A program made the position numbers and the translations under genes. A stretch of DNA of 44,766 nt from Desulfobacterales bacterium (lineage in GTDB: Bacteria > Desulfobacterota > Desulfobacteria > Desulfobacterales > Desulfosalsimonadaceae): positions 1-44,766 of the forward strand of contig JAOZOL010000001.1 of assembly GCA_029933295.1 (NCBI GenBank). Direction: 5' to 3'. Shown here piece after piece: positions 11,054 through 19,237 of this stretch. How positions within the stretch are numbered: the first letter of the stretch is position 1; each line of letters begins with the position of its first letter. The notes beneath the pieces were generated by a model that saw nothing but the letters and a program-made list of their open reading frames with translations, did not search any database and had not been told where the DNA came from.

Positions 11054-11083
11054 GGCGCTACTAAACAGAGAAGTAGCGCTACT
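11054..11083. promoter_or_regulatory. candidate UAS: 12-bp perfect palindrome plus an upstream half-site
   Basis: AGTAGCGCTACT (11072-11083) is self-complementary. A GCGCTACT half-site sits at 11055-11062. Location is about 140-165 bp upstream of the sigma-54-like promoter. Confidence 0.3.
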
Positions 11084-11221
11084 TTTAAAATAATTCTATT
11101 TATTCACTTGTCAATAAAAAATGCTGCTTATTTTTCCCTGTTTTAAATTTATCAAATATCTCAAGTGATTATTCATAAAATAAATCACACGGCGCATTAA
11201 AAATACAATTTAAGATATATA

Positions 11222-11237
11222 TGGCATAAGTATTGAA
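11222..11237 (+). promoter_or_regulatory. sigma-54-like promoter (imperfect -12)
   Basis: TGGCAT-AAGTA-TTGA has the same -24/-12 spacing as the clear promoter at 19167. The -12 element reads GA instead of GC. Lies about 60 nt upstream of trx and divergent from the activator gene. Confidence 0.35.
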
Positions 11238-11294
11238 TAGTAAGAATGTCTGAATGCCAATGACAACTGGATTGTAAAAAGCGATGGAGGAAGC

Positions 11295-11615
11295 ATGGAG
11301 CCAAAAGAAATAACGTCAAAAACTGAATTTGACAGCACGATTCAAAACGGTGTTACGCTGGTAGATTTTAATGCACCATGGTGCGGACCGTGCCGTTCAC
11401 AGGAACCCATACTTGAAAGAATTGCCGATCAGTTTGACGGCCGGGCCCTTGTAGCTGCCATGAATATTGACAATCACCAGATGATCGCTATGGAGCTGGG
11501 CATTCAGAGCATCCCGACCCTGATAATTTTTAAAAATAATAAAGAAATTCAGCGGTTTATCGGACTTCAACCGGAAGCAACCTTAACCAGCGCTTTGGAA
11601 AAGTTACTTGATTAA
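11295..11615 (+). CDS. trxA: thioredoxin
   Basis: 106 aa with the WCGPC active site and thioredoxin-fold motifs (IPTLIIFKNNK). GGAGG SD. Confidence 0.9.
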   Translation: MEPKEITSKTEFDSTIQNGVTLVDFNAPWCGPCRSQEPILERIADQFDGRALVAAMNIDNHQMIAMELGIQSIPTLIIFKNNKEIQRFIGLQPEATLTSALEKLLD

Positions 11616-11644
11616 TATTGAATTGATACCAGGATAAAAATCTC

Positions 11645-13732
11645 ATGGGAAAATGTATCAATCATCCGGACAGGGAAACCAATTTTTTATGCATGAAGCA
11701 CAATATCTACTTGTGCGAAGAATGCTTAAAATGCCGCGACCCTGAAATTCATTGCAAATTTCGTTCTTCATGCCCCATATGGTTCATGGATAAAAGGGGC
11801 GGGAAAAGCATCGATGAGATTTCCGATAAAAAAACCGAGACCCAATTCAAAGTTCTTTTCAAACCTGACAATAAGGAAATAACTGTTTCAGAAGGTACCA
11901 CCCTGCTTGAAGCGGCAGTGGCAGCGGATGTCCCTTTAAACGCATCCTGCAACGGTAAAGGTTCCTGCGGCAAGTGCAAACTGATTCTAGAATCCGGCAG
12001 TATTGAAAGTGCTGACACCCCTCTTCTAAGTATGGAAGAAAAAGAAAATAATTATATACTGGCTTGCCAGACAACTGTTCACGGCGATATTTCCGTCAGG
12101 ATACCCGAAGAAACACTGGAAAAAAAATTAAAAATTGCGGGTATGGGCAAAGAAGCGACAGATCGGTTAAAAGGCATGGTAACAAAAATTACGCCCATGC
12201 TTGAAAATTTTTCCCTCGAACTTGCCCCGCCCACCCTTGATGATTCCATCAGCGACCTGGATCGATTGATCCGGGGACTTTCCAAAAGCGGCTGCGATAC
12301 TGACAGGATAACGACCGGCCTTAAAGTAATGCGGGAACTGGCCGCAGCCATGCGGGATGAAAACTGGAAGGTTTCAGCCTCGGTTATTAAAAAAAGAAAT
12401 TCAAGCGAAATCGTGCATGTTGCTCCCGGTAATGGCGGCACAACTTCCATGGGGCTTGCCATTGATATCGGGACTACATCCATCGTGGTCTACCTGGTTG
12501 ACATGGCAGACGGGTCAATTCTGGCCGCAACATCGGGCCATAACCGGCAGTCAGCCTGTGGTGATGACGTGATTAACCGGATTGTATGCGCGGAAAAAGA
12601 CGGTGTTAAAAAACTCAGCCGCATGGGGCTTGCCACCATTAATGGTCTTATCAACGAAGCCATTGAAAGCGCCGGCGTCAAAGCAGACCGGATCGACAAT
12701 GTAGTCATTTCCGGAAACACCACCATGACCCATTTGATCCTTAAAATTGAACCGCGCAATATCCGGCGGGAACCTTATATCCCTTCTGTTTCGGCCTTTC
12801 CCATTTTAAAGGCCGGCAATATCGGCCTTAAAGTCAACCCGACTGCGGCCGTATTTGTCATGCCCGGACCGGCCAGCTATGTGGGTGGCGATATAGTTTC
12901 CGGCCTGATTTATACGGGCTTTCACAGGGAAAAAGCTCTTACTCTATTTATTGATGTGGGCACCAACGGAGAAATTGTTTTAGGCAATAAAGACTGGCTG
13001 ATGACGGCTTCGTGCTCGGCGGGTCCTGCCTTTGAAGGCGGCGGTGTGCGCTGGGGGATGCGGGCGGAAGACGGAGCCATTGAAAAAATTGCCATTGATC
13101 CTGAAACTTTTGTTCCGACCTTTTCGGTTGTTGGGGATACGCAGGCAAGGGGAATCTGCGGATCAGGCATGATCGATCTGATTTCCGAAATGCTGTTAAC
13201 CGGCATCATTGCACCAAACGGAAATTTCAATATAGACGATACCCATCCCCGAATCACGAAGGACGGAGACGAAACAGCCTATATCCTGGCGTTTGCCGAA
13301 GAAACGTCCGTTGATAAAGACATCCTTTTTATGGAATCGGATATTGACAATATCATCCGAAGCAAGGGCGCGGTCTACGCCGGTTTCAAGGTCCTTTTAA
13401 ATCAGGCTGGATTTGATTTTTCAATGATCGACCGGATTATCATAGCCGGCGGTTTCGGCCAGTACCTTGATTTAGACAAGGCGATCATCATCGGCCTGTT
13501 ACCGGATATTGATAAGGACAAATTTAAATACATCGGCAACAGTTCCATCGCCGGCGCTTATCTGGCCTTGCTTTCCGAAGATTTTCGGAAAGAAGCCATC
13601 GATATCTCAAACAAGATGACCTACATCGATTTTTCCAGCAACACACAATTTATGAATGAATTCACCTCCGCGCTGTTTTTACCGCACACGAACATAGAGG
13701 ATTTTCCCAGCGTGAAGAAAATCATTCGCTAA
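11645..13732 (+). CDS. RACo-like corrinoid reductive activase (2Fe-2S ferredoxin + ASKHA ATPase, DUF4445) with an N-terminal B-box-like zinc finger
   Basis: 695 aa. Plant-type ferredoxin motif CNGKGSCGKCK...ACQT. ASKHA phosphate motifs (AIDIGTTS, FIDVGTNGE, GGFG). Extra N-terminal stretch CINHPDRETNFLCMKHNIYLCEECLKC...HC. Confidence 0.8.
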   Translation: MGKCINHPDRETNFLCMKHNIYLCEECLKCRDPEIHCKFRSSCPIWFMDKRGGKSIDEISDKKTETQFKVLFKPDNKEITVSEGTTLLEAAVAADVPLNASCNGKGSCGKCKLILESGSIESADTPLLSMEEKENNYILACQTTVHGDISVRIPEETLEKKLKIAGMGKEATDRLKGMVTKITPMLENFSLELAPPTLDDSISDLDRLIRGLSKSGCDTDRITTGLKVMRELAAAMRDENWKVSASVIKKRNSSEIVHVAPGNGGTTSMGLAIDIGTTSIVVYLVDMADGSILAATSGHNRQSACGDDVINRIVCAEKDGVKKLSRMGLATINGLINEAIESAGVKADRIDNVVISGNTTMTHLILKIEPRNIRREPYIPSVSAFPILKAGNIGLKVNPTAAVFVMPGPASYVGGDIVSGLIYTGFHREKALTLFIDVGTNGEIVLGNKDWLMTASCSAGPAFEGGGVRWGMRAEDGAIEKIAIDPETFVPTFSVVGDTQARGICGSGMIDLISEMLLTGIIAPNGNFNIDDTHPRITKDGDETAYILAFAEETSVDKDILFMESDIDNIIRSKGAVYAGFKVLLNQAGFDFSMIDRIIIAGGFGQYLDLDKAIIIGLLPDIDKDKFKYIGNSSIAGAYLALLSEDFRKEAIDISNKMTYIDFSSNTQFMNEFTSALFLPHTNIEDFPSVKKIIR

Positions 13733-13776
13733 AATATAAAGAGAGCTGCAAACATGTTTTACTTATAAAAGGCGAT

Positions 13777-13914
13777 AAAGGAAGCTTGGCATACCTCCGC
13801 TTACATCTTCCTTTTTCAATTGTCGGCGGCCCATGCGTCTTCAGCAGCGCATGGTTCGCCGGCAATAATAAACTTTCAAATACAAAATTTGAGCAATAAA
13901 CAAGGGGGTTTTCT
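13777..13914 (+). promoter_or_regulatory. conserved upstream element, copy A (two hairpins plus a conserved tail reaching the start codon)
   Basis: AAAGGAAG-CTTGGCATACCTCC…ACAT-CTTCCTTT hairpin, followed by hairpin CGGCGGCCCATGCG/CGCATGGTTCGCCG, then ATACAAAATTT…TAAACA. Homologous to 15282-15417 with the same distance to the ATG. Confidence 0.5.
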
Positions 13915-14565
13915 ATGGAAAATCTATCTTTTTCAGATATGGCGATCGTTTCCTGCGGTACGTTACGTATGGAGTTAACCCGTTTAAAAGAAGAAGGATT
14001 TCTGGATACCGAACATATTTATTATACAACGCCGGGACTTCATGAGGACATCCATGAACTGGAAAGACAACTTGTTGAAAAAATTAATAAGGCAAAAGAA
14101 AAGACAGACAAGGTCATTGTGGTTTACGGGGGCAAGTTCTGCTATGTGAACGCAGATGAGCCCTTGAGAAAAATGCAGACCATCATAGAGGAACAGGGGC
14201 CGGGCGTTGTCCGGATCGAAGCGACCCATTGCATGGATATGATCGCCGATGAAGCTGAGCGGGAAAAAATTGCCAATGAACTTGCCGGGGGAGAAAAAGT
14301 CTGGTGGATGGTGCCCGGCTGGGTCCGGTTCCGGAAGCTTGTATTCAAAGGATGGGATAAAGGGCTTGCCAATGAAAATTTTCCCAGACACTCAGGAGGT
14401 GCAATTGTCTTAGACGGGATTGGATATCTTGATCAATACATGGCTGAAAATCCGGAGGATTTCTTAGACTATTGCGATTGGATGGGAATCCCCATGCAGG
14501 GGTATCCGACGTCGTTAGACAGGCTGAAATCACTCCTTCTGGATCAGGCAAAAAAATTTGATTAA
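13915..14565 (+). CDS. DUF1638 domain protein
   Basis: 216 aa. The pattern IVSCGTLRMEL…GLHEDIHELE…VIVVYGGKFCY resembles DUF1638 proteins, which are commonly encoded next to corrinoid/RACo genes. Assigned from memory of the family. Confidence 0.65.
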   Translation: MENLSFSDMAIVSCGTLRMELTRLKEEGFLDTEHIYYTTPGLHEDIHELERQLVEKINKAKEKTDKVIVVYGGKFCYVNADEPLRKMQTIIEEQGPGVVRIEATHCMDMIADEAEREKIANELAGGEKVWWMVPGWVRFRKLVFKGWDKGLANENFPRHSGGAIVLDGIGYLDQYMAENPEDFLDYCDWMGIPMQGYPTSLDRLKSLLLDQAKKFD

Positions 14566-14795
14566 ATGTAAGGGTAAAAGAACAACTATTGTTGAACCTA
14601 TTGAATATGATCTTGTGAATTAAAAAAATTACACCCGATTCATTTTAGAACCCGGCCCAAGGGGCTATTTTAAATATTGCAGAGCCGGTATTATATCATG
14701 AAAGGAGGTGAGAACAAGAGAGACAAACACCGTTAGTTAAAAGCGGTGGCGACACTATTCGCGTAAAAACGCGTTAAAAGAAGGAGGGCGAAAAA

Positions 14796-15110
14796 ATGGC
14801 TAAAATGAAAAAATACATGGCGGTTCATAATAATCCCGGTATTGATTGTGAAGTTGTTCAGGCTAACTGGCGAAAACTGGCCAGGATTGAAGCTGCTACA
14901 TGGGAAAGAACCTTTTTTAACGAAGATAAAGGAATGCGCTATTGCATATGGCTTGCCAAAGATGAAGAACAGCTGAAAAAAATTTTTACTGATATGAATG
15001 TATCCTGGGAATCAATCATTCCTGTTGAAGAGACTATACCGGACCTCTGGGGCGAAAAATGGCAGGAACATCTTGAGGCAGAAAAAGCAGCGGATACTCT
15101 TGGCGCTTAG
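14796..15110 (+). CDS. DUF4242 (SCO4226-like, putative nickel-binding) protein
   Basis: 104 aa. KKYMAVHNNPGI… and …YCIWLAKDEEQLKKIF are typical of this small ferredoxin-like family. AAGGAGGG SD 7 nt upstream. Confidence 0.6.
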   Translation: MAKMKKYMAVHNNPGIDCEVVQANWRKLARIEAATWERTFFNEDKGMRYCIWLAKDEEQLKKIFTDMNVSWESIIPVEETIPDLWGEKWQEHLEAEKAADTLGA

Positions 15111-15281
15111 GGTTCACGGTTGCCGGTTTACGGTTGTCTGAAGATACACGTTTAATCTTAGATATATTTTTTTGTAATATCGGTACGACAGATTAATGTT
15201 TTTTTCTTGATTCTCCGCCAATGTCAACTGTAAACCCGCTATGACTACAGGTAAAAATCATAACAATGAATAGTTTTGTGA

Positions 15282-15417
15282 AAAGGAAGCTTGGCATACC
15301 TCCCTATACATCTTCCTTTCTCAATAGCAGGCGGCTCACCCTTGAATACAGCGGGTGATCCGCCTGCAAAATCGACAACAAGCGGATACAAGTTTAAACA
15401 TAAACAGCACATTGGCC
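15282..15417 (+). promoter_or_regulatory. conserved upstream element, copy B
   Basis: The first ~42 nt are nearly identical to copy A. The second hairpin has a different sequence but keeps pairing (GCAGGCGGCTCACCC/GGGTGATCCGCCTGC). Tail ATACAAGTTT…TAAACA. Ends at the 15418 ATG. Confidence 0.5.
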
Positions 15418-15774
15418 ATGGGACGTAAAAATTCAGGTGGAAAACCAGAGCATACACCGAAACATACATATGATAGAATTGTTTGGGCCAGAAAAATTCT
15501 GGACCTGGCCGAGTCTGCTACAATGCAGGAAATCAAAGGTAATTACAGGGAACTGATTCATAGATGGCATCCGGACAAATGTCGTGGAGATCAAAAAAAA
15601 TGCCGCGAAATGACGAATAAAATTATCCAGGCCCATAAAATTATAATCGACTATTGCAACCAGTACAAATTTTCATTTAACAAAAATGAGGTGGAAAAAT
15701 ATCTTTCAGCCCAGGAATGGTGGTTAAAAAAATTCGGTGCCGATCCCGTATGGGGAAACAAAAAACAGATCTGA
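15418..15774 (+). CDS. small J-domain protein
   Basis: J-domain with an intact HPD motif (YRELIHRWHPDKCRGD). The ORF is open from 15355, but that part overlaps conserved element copy B. The 15418 ATG sits at the same offset from the element as the DUF1638 start does. Confidence 0.75.
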   Translation: MGRKNSGGKPEHTPKHTYDRIVWARKILDLAESATMQEIKGNYRELIHRWHPDKCRGDQKKCREMTNKIIQAHKIIIDYCNQYKFSFNKNEVEKYLSAQEWWLKKFGADPVWGNKKQI

Positions 15775-15801
15775 TTTTGAGTTATATAACAGGTTTAAAA
15801 A

Positions 15802-16437
15802 ATGACGCAGGTAAATCGAATTGAAAAATCATTCGTTCGAGGCGCTATTGCAAAAATTATTATATATGGCGGCCTAGTTGCGGGTATTAATCTAATTATT
15901 CTTGCTGACGCCTATTGGCCGTTGATTGAAAATACAAAAAAATTTACTGAAATTTCATACACGGAATTTACCCAGGAAATCTTTCTTTTTCTGACCGCCA
16001 TCACATTCTGGAGAACCGGCACTCAAACCACTCCAAAACGATCGTTTGCGTTATTGCTGTCCGGATTTGCCGCACTGGCGCTTTGCCGGGAATTTGACTT
16101 TTATTTTGATTGTATGTGGAAAGGCTGCTGGGAAATACCTGCCTTGGTGGTAACTTTTAGTTTCGGATATCTGGTTTACAGGTATAAGGACAATTTTATT
16201 TGCGATATGACTGAATTTATTAAACGGCCTGAATTTGGCATCTTCCTATGCGGCTTTTTAACGGTGTTTGTTTTTTCCCGCCTGTTTGGCATGAGTCTTT
16301 TATGGAAAGCTGTAATGACGAAGGGCTATATGGGATGCGTTAAAAACGCGGCTGAGGAAGGGGTGGAACTGCTCGGTTATCTTTTTATCACTATTGCTTC
16401 TATTAAATATTATCTGTTTAAAAGCAGGAAAAATTAA
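15802..16437 (+). CDS. hypothetical integral membrane protein
   Basis: 211 aa with about 6 hydrophobic segments and no recognised family. Lies 27 nt after the J-protein gene. Confidence 0.55.
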   Translation: MTQVNRIEKSFVRGAIAKIIIYGGLVAGINLIILADAYWPLIENTKKFTEISYTEFTQEIFLFLTAITFWRTGTQTTPKRSFALLLSGFAALALCREFDFYFDCMWKGCWEIPALVVTFSFGYLVYRYKDNFICDMTEFIKRPEFGIFLCGFLTVFVFSRLFGMSLLWKAVMTKGYMGCVKNAAEEGVELLGYLFITIASIKYYLFKSRKN

Positions 16438-16586
16438 TAAGAAAAAGAGGGACGATCATATAAAAGGTCAAGAATGCCCCCCCCCTTTTTTTTATAAAAA
16501 TCTGGACAAAACAATCGCTAATTCTGTATATTGATAAAAATTCGTATCTTGTTTTTAATATCAATATATAAAAACGATAGTTTTGT

Positions 16587-17663
16587 ATGCTTAATTTCTG
16601 TTTTTTAAATACAAAAAAATATAAATTTCTTTTTCAGCCAACCAACACCCTGTTGATTGTTCTTTTTTTCTGGATGACGCCCCCGCTTTTATATGCTGAA
16701 GAATCCGGTGGATTCAAGACATTCACTTTTTATATGGAAAACGATATTTTTGCCAGCAAGGATGGCCAATACACCAATGGATTCAAACTGACCTGGACCC
16801 GCTATGGGCTGGCAGAATTACCTGAAGATGCATGGGCACATCGATGGCTGTATCCGGTTGTCAAACGACTGGGATTTGAAAAAAAACCGGAATCGGAAAA
16901 AGCGATCACCTTTTCCTTGGGACAGAATATGTATACACCCAATGATATTGAAAAAACGGAACTGATTTCTGATGACCGGCCCTATGCAGGGATCTTATAT
17001 ATGGAATTAGGCTTTCACCATAAATATAAAAATCGAATGCACACGCTGGGACTCTGTGCGGGAATTGTCGGGCCCCATTCCTATGCTGAGGCGCTTCAAT
17101 CGGAAGGGCATGCGTTATTGCACAATAAAGAACCTAAAGGGTGGGATAACCAGCTCAAAGATGAACCGGTCATTGGCCTGATATATGATTACAAACACAA
17201 GATTTTTACATCCAATATCAATGCCGGGGCCGGGGGGGATATCATTTTTAATGCCGGGGCCGGCCTGGGTAATGTCAAGACATTTTGCCATGCCGGTTTA
17301 ATGATGCGGTGGGGATGGAATGTGCCGAATGATTGCGGGAATTTTCCCATTCAACCGGCCACTTGTTTTCACTCGGAATTCAAGCAATCGACATGTCAAT
17401 CACAGAAAAAAAAATATGGTATTCATCTGTTTTTTTCTGCCGGCAGTGAGCTTGTTTTGCATGATATTTTTTTAGACGGCAATACATTCCGTGACAGTCA
17501 CAGTGTAGATAAAAAGCCGGTTATCGGTATTTTGATGGGGGGCATTGGCCTGGTGACGGGAAGAGTAAAAACCGTCATTGCCTATGTTGCCAGGACAAAA
17601 GCTTTTGATACCCAGTCAAAAAGCGAAGCGTATGGGTCGATGAATGTTTCATTTCACTATTGA
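16587..17663 (+). CDS. LpxR-like lipid A 3-O-deacylase family (DUF2219) outer-membrane protein
   Basis: 358 aa with a signal peptide ending …LLYA-EE. Motifs FYMENDIF…DGQYTNGFKLTW and DDRPYAGILY are typical of the family. Confidence 0.65.
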   Translation: MLNFCFLNTKKYKFLFQPTNTLLIVLFFWMTPPLLYAEESGGFKTFTFYMENDIFASKDGQYTNGFKLTWTRYGLAELPEDAWAHRWLYPVVKRLGFEKKPESEKAITFSLGQNMYTPNDIEKTELISDDRPYAGILYMELGFHHKYKNRMHTLGLCAGIVGPHSYAEALQSEGHALLHNKEPKGWDNQLKDEPVIGLIYDYKHKIFTSNINAGAGGDIIFNAGAGLGNVKTFCHAGLMMRWGWNVPNDCGNFPIQPATCFHSEFKQSTCQSQKKKYGIHLFFSAGSELVLHDIFLDGNTFRDSHSVDKKPVIGILMGGIGLVTGRVKTVIAYVARTKAFDTQSKSEAYGSMNVSFHY

Positions 17664-19052
17664 TTACTCATGAATGGTTTTGTCCACATGGATATTGTAT
17701 TTTTTAAGACGATTATACAACGCAACCCGGCTGATTCCTAAAATTTTAGCCGCTTTTGATTTGTTCCCCATGGTTGAGGAAATGGCAGACATCAATTGTT
17801 TCCTTTCCTCATCACTGCCGGGTGGCTCCGGATGCTTAAATGGGGTATATTGTTTTTTTTGTTTTTTCAATAAATTGTCAGGCAAATGATCGGGAGTGAT
17901 TTCCCCTTCACGACACAACACAAAGGCGTATTCAATAATATTGATTAATTCTCGTACATTGCCCGGCCAGTGATATCCATATAACACGGCAAGAGCTTCC
18001 TTGCTCATCACTGAAACCGGTTTTCCGGTTTTAAGACGTATTCTGTTTAAAAATGTATTTATCAAAAGCGGGAGATCCTGTTTTCTTTTACGAAGCGGAG
18101 GCATATGAATGGGCAGCACACCGATGCGGTAAAACAAATCTTCACGAAAAGTACCTTTTTTAATGAGCTCCCCAAGGTCTTTATTGGTGGCTGAAATAAG
18201 CCGAACGTCTAAAGAAACGGATTGATTGTCACCCACTTTTTCAATTTTCTTTTCTTCCATGACCCGAAGCAGCTTTACCTGGGTGGACAATGGCATATCG
18301 CCTATTTCATCTAAAAAAATATCCCCTTTATGAGCCGCCTCAAACCGGCCGATACGTGTTTTCAAGGCACCGGTAAATGCGCCCTTCACATGCCCAAAAA
18401 GTTCGCTTTCAAGGAGTGATTCATTTAACGCGGCACAATTAACTTTCACAAAAGGGCCCTTTTTCCGATCACTTAAGTTATGTATAGCATTGGCAACAAG
18501 CTCTTTACCGGTGCCGCTTTCTCCATAAAGAATGACCGGAACATCAGATTTGGCAACGCTTGTAATCAGCTCAAACACCTGCTGAATGGCAGGAGATTTA
18601 CCTATCATGGACTGGAAGCTGTCTTTTGTACTCAATTCATTACGGAGATTTGAAATAACCGCTTCCATGGCCAATGCCTCGCTCAAATCCGTCAGTGTCT
18701 CCACCCCGCCGATAATTTTTCCGTCGCTGGATTTTAAAATCGTGGCATTTTTAAACACATTAACAGTGTCTCCGTTTTTTTTTTGAAGCTTACACCTGAT
18801 CTTTAAACGTTTTTTTTCAAAAAGCGCGCAAAAATGATCAGGGGATTGTTTTCTTTTAACAAAACACCTGTCGCAGTTTAATACACCGCAGGTGTTTCCC
18901 ACAAGCTCACGCTCTTTAAAACCTGTAAGGCGTACCATGGATTGATTAACGGAGATAATCATTCCTCTAGAATCGACAACCATAAGCGCTTCGGCCATGG
19001 TATCAATAATGGTTTTCCAGTACTGGTTCTGCTTAATCCCGAGTTGTTTCAT
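17664..19052 (-). CDS. sigma-54-dependent transcriptional activator, PAS-AAA+-HTH (no receiver domain)
   Basis: 462 aa. Cys-rich PAS domain, AAA+ core ([32 protein letters not shown]), Fis-type HTH. Its stop codon directly abuts the LpxR-like stop. Confidence 0.9.
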   Translation of the reverse strand: MKQLGIKQNQYWKTIIDTMAEALMVVDSRGMIISVNQSMVRLTGFKERELVGNTCGVLNCDRCFVKRKQSPDHFCALFEKKRLKIRCKLQKKNGDTVNVFKNATILKSSDGKIIGGVETLTDLSEALAMEAVISNLRNELSTKDSFQSMIGKSPAIQQVFELITSVAKSDVPVILYGESGTGKELVANAIHNLSDRKKGPFVKVNCAALNESLLESELFGHVKGAFTGALKTRIGRFEAAHKGDIFLDEIGDMPLSTQVKLLRVMEEKKIEKVGDNQSVSLDVRLISATNKDLGELIKKGTFREDLFYRIGVLPIHMPPLRKRKQDLPLLINTFLNRIRLKTGKPVSVMSKEALAVLYGYHWPGNVRELINIIEYAFVLCREGEITPDHLPDNLLKKQKKQYTPFKHPEPPGSDEERKQLMSAISSTMGNKSKAAKILGISRVALYNRLKKYNIHVDKTIHE

Positions 19053-19066
19053 CTACTTTATCCTGT

Positions 19067-19109
19067 TGTAAATATCTTTACAGTTGTCAACTGTGTAAAG
19101 CATTTACAC
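19067..19109. promoter_or_regulatory. candidate UAS: two TGTAAA-N3/4-TTTACA palindromes
   Basis: TGTAAATATCTTTACA (19067-19082) and GTGTAAAGCATTTACAC (19093-19109), with ACAGTTGTCAACTGT between them and a third TGTAAAG half-site. Location is 60-100 bp upstream of the sigma-54 promoter. Confidence 0.5.
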
Positions 19110-19166
19110 TTGTAAAGCAATAAAAAATATTTGCTGTAAAATCAACCTCATAAAAATTGCCCGTTC

Positions 19167-19182
19167 TGGCATGATAATTGCT
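19167..19182 (+). promoter_or_regulatory. sigma-54 (-24/-12) promoter
   Basis: TGGCAT-GATAA-TTGCT matches the TGGCAC-N5-TTGCW consensus with correct GG/GC spacing. Divergent from the activator gene and 35-55 nt upstream of the first gene of the hdr cluster. Confidence 0.7.
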
Positions 19183-19237
19183 TTATTATAAAATTGTAAA
19201 TCAAAATTGATTTACCGTGACATCCATTTTGGAACAA

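Noticed and set aside
13786-13800. TGGCAT inside the duplicated upstream element (also at 15292) read as a sigma-54 -24 box
   Set aside because: In copy A the only GC is one base too close to the GG (TGGCATACCTCCGCT). Copy B has no GC at all at the -12 position. Sigma-54 promoters do not tolerate spacing changes.
13783-13800. GGAGGTATG on the minus strand of both element copies read as an SD plus start codon of a small antisense ORF
   Set aside because: There is only 1 nt between GGAGG and the ATG. The downstream reading frames differ completely between the copies (9 versus 34 codons), so coding is not conserved.
17661-17666. Convergent genes with directly abutting stop codons (TGA|TTA), and a 4-nt convergent overlap at 44334-44337
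   Set aside because: Compact convergent ends are common and leave nothing further to interpret from the sequence. They only imply overlapping 3' UTRs.
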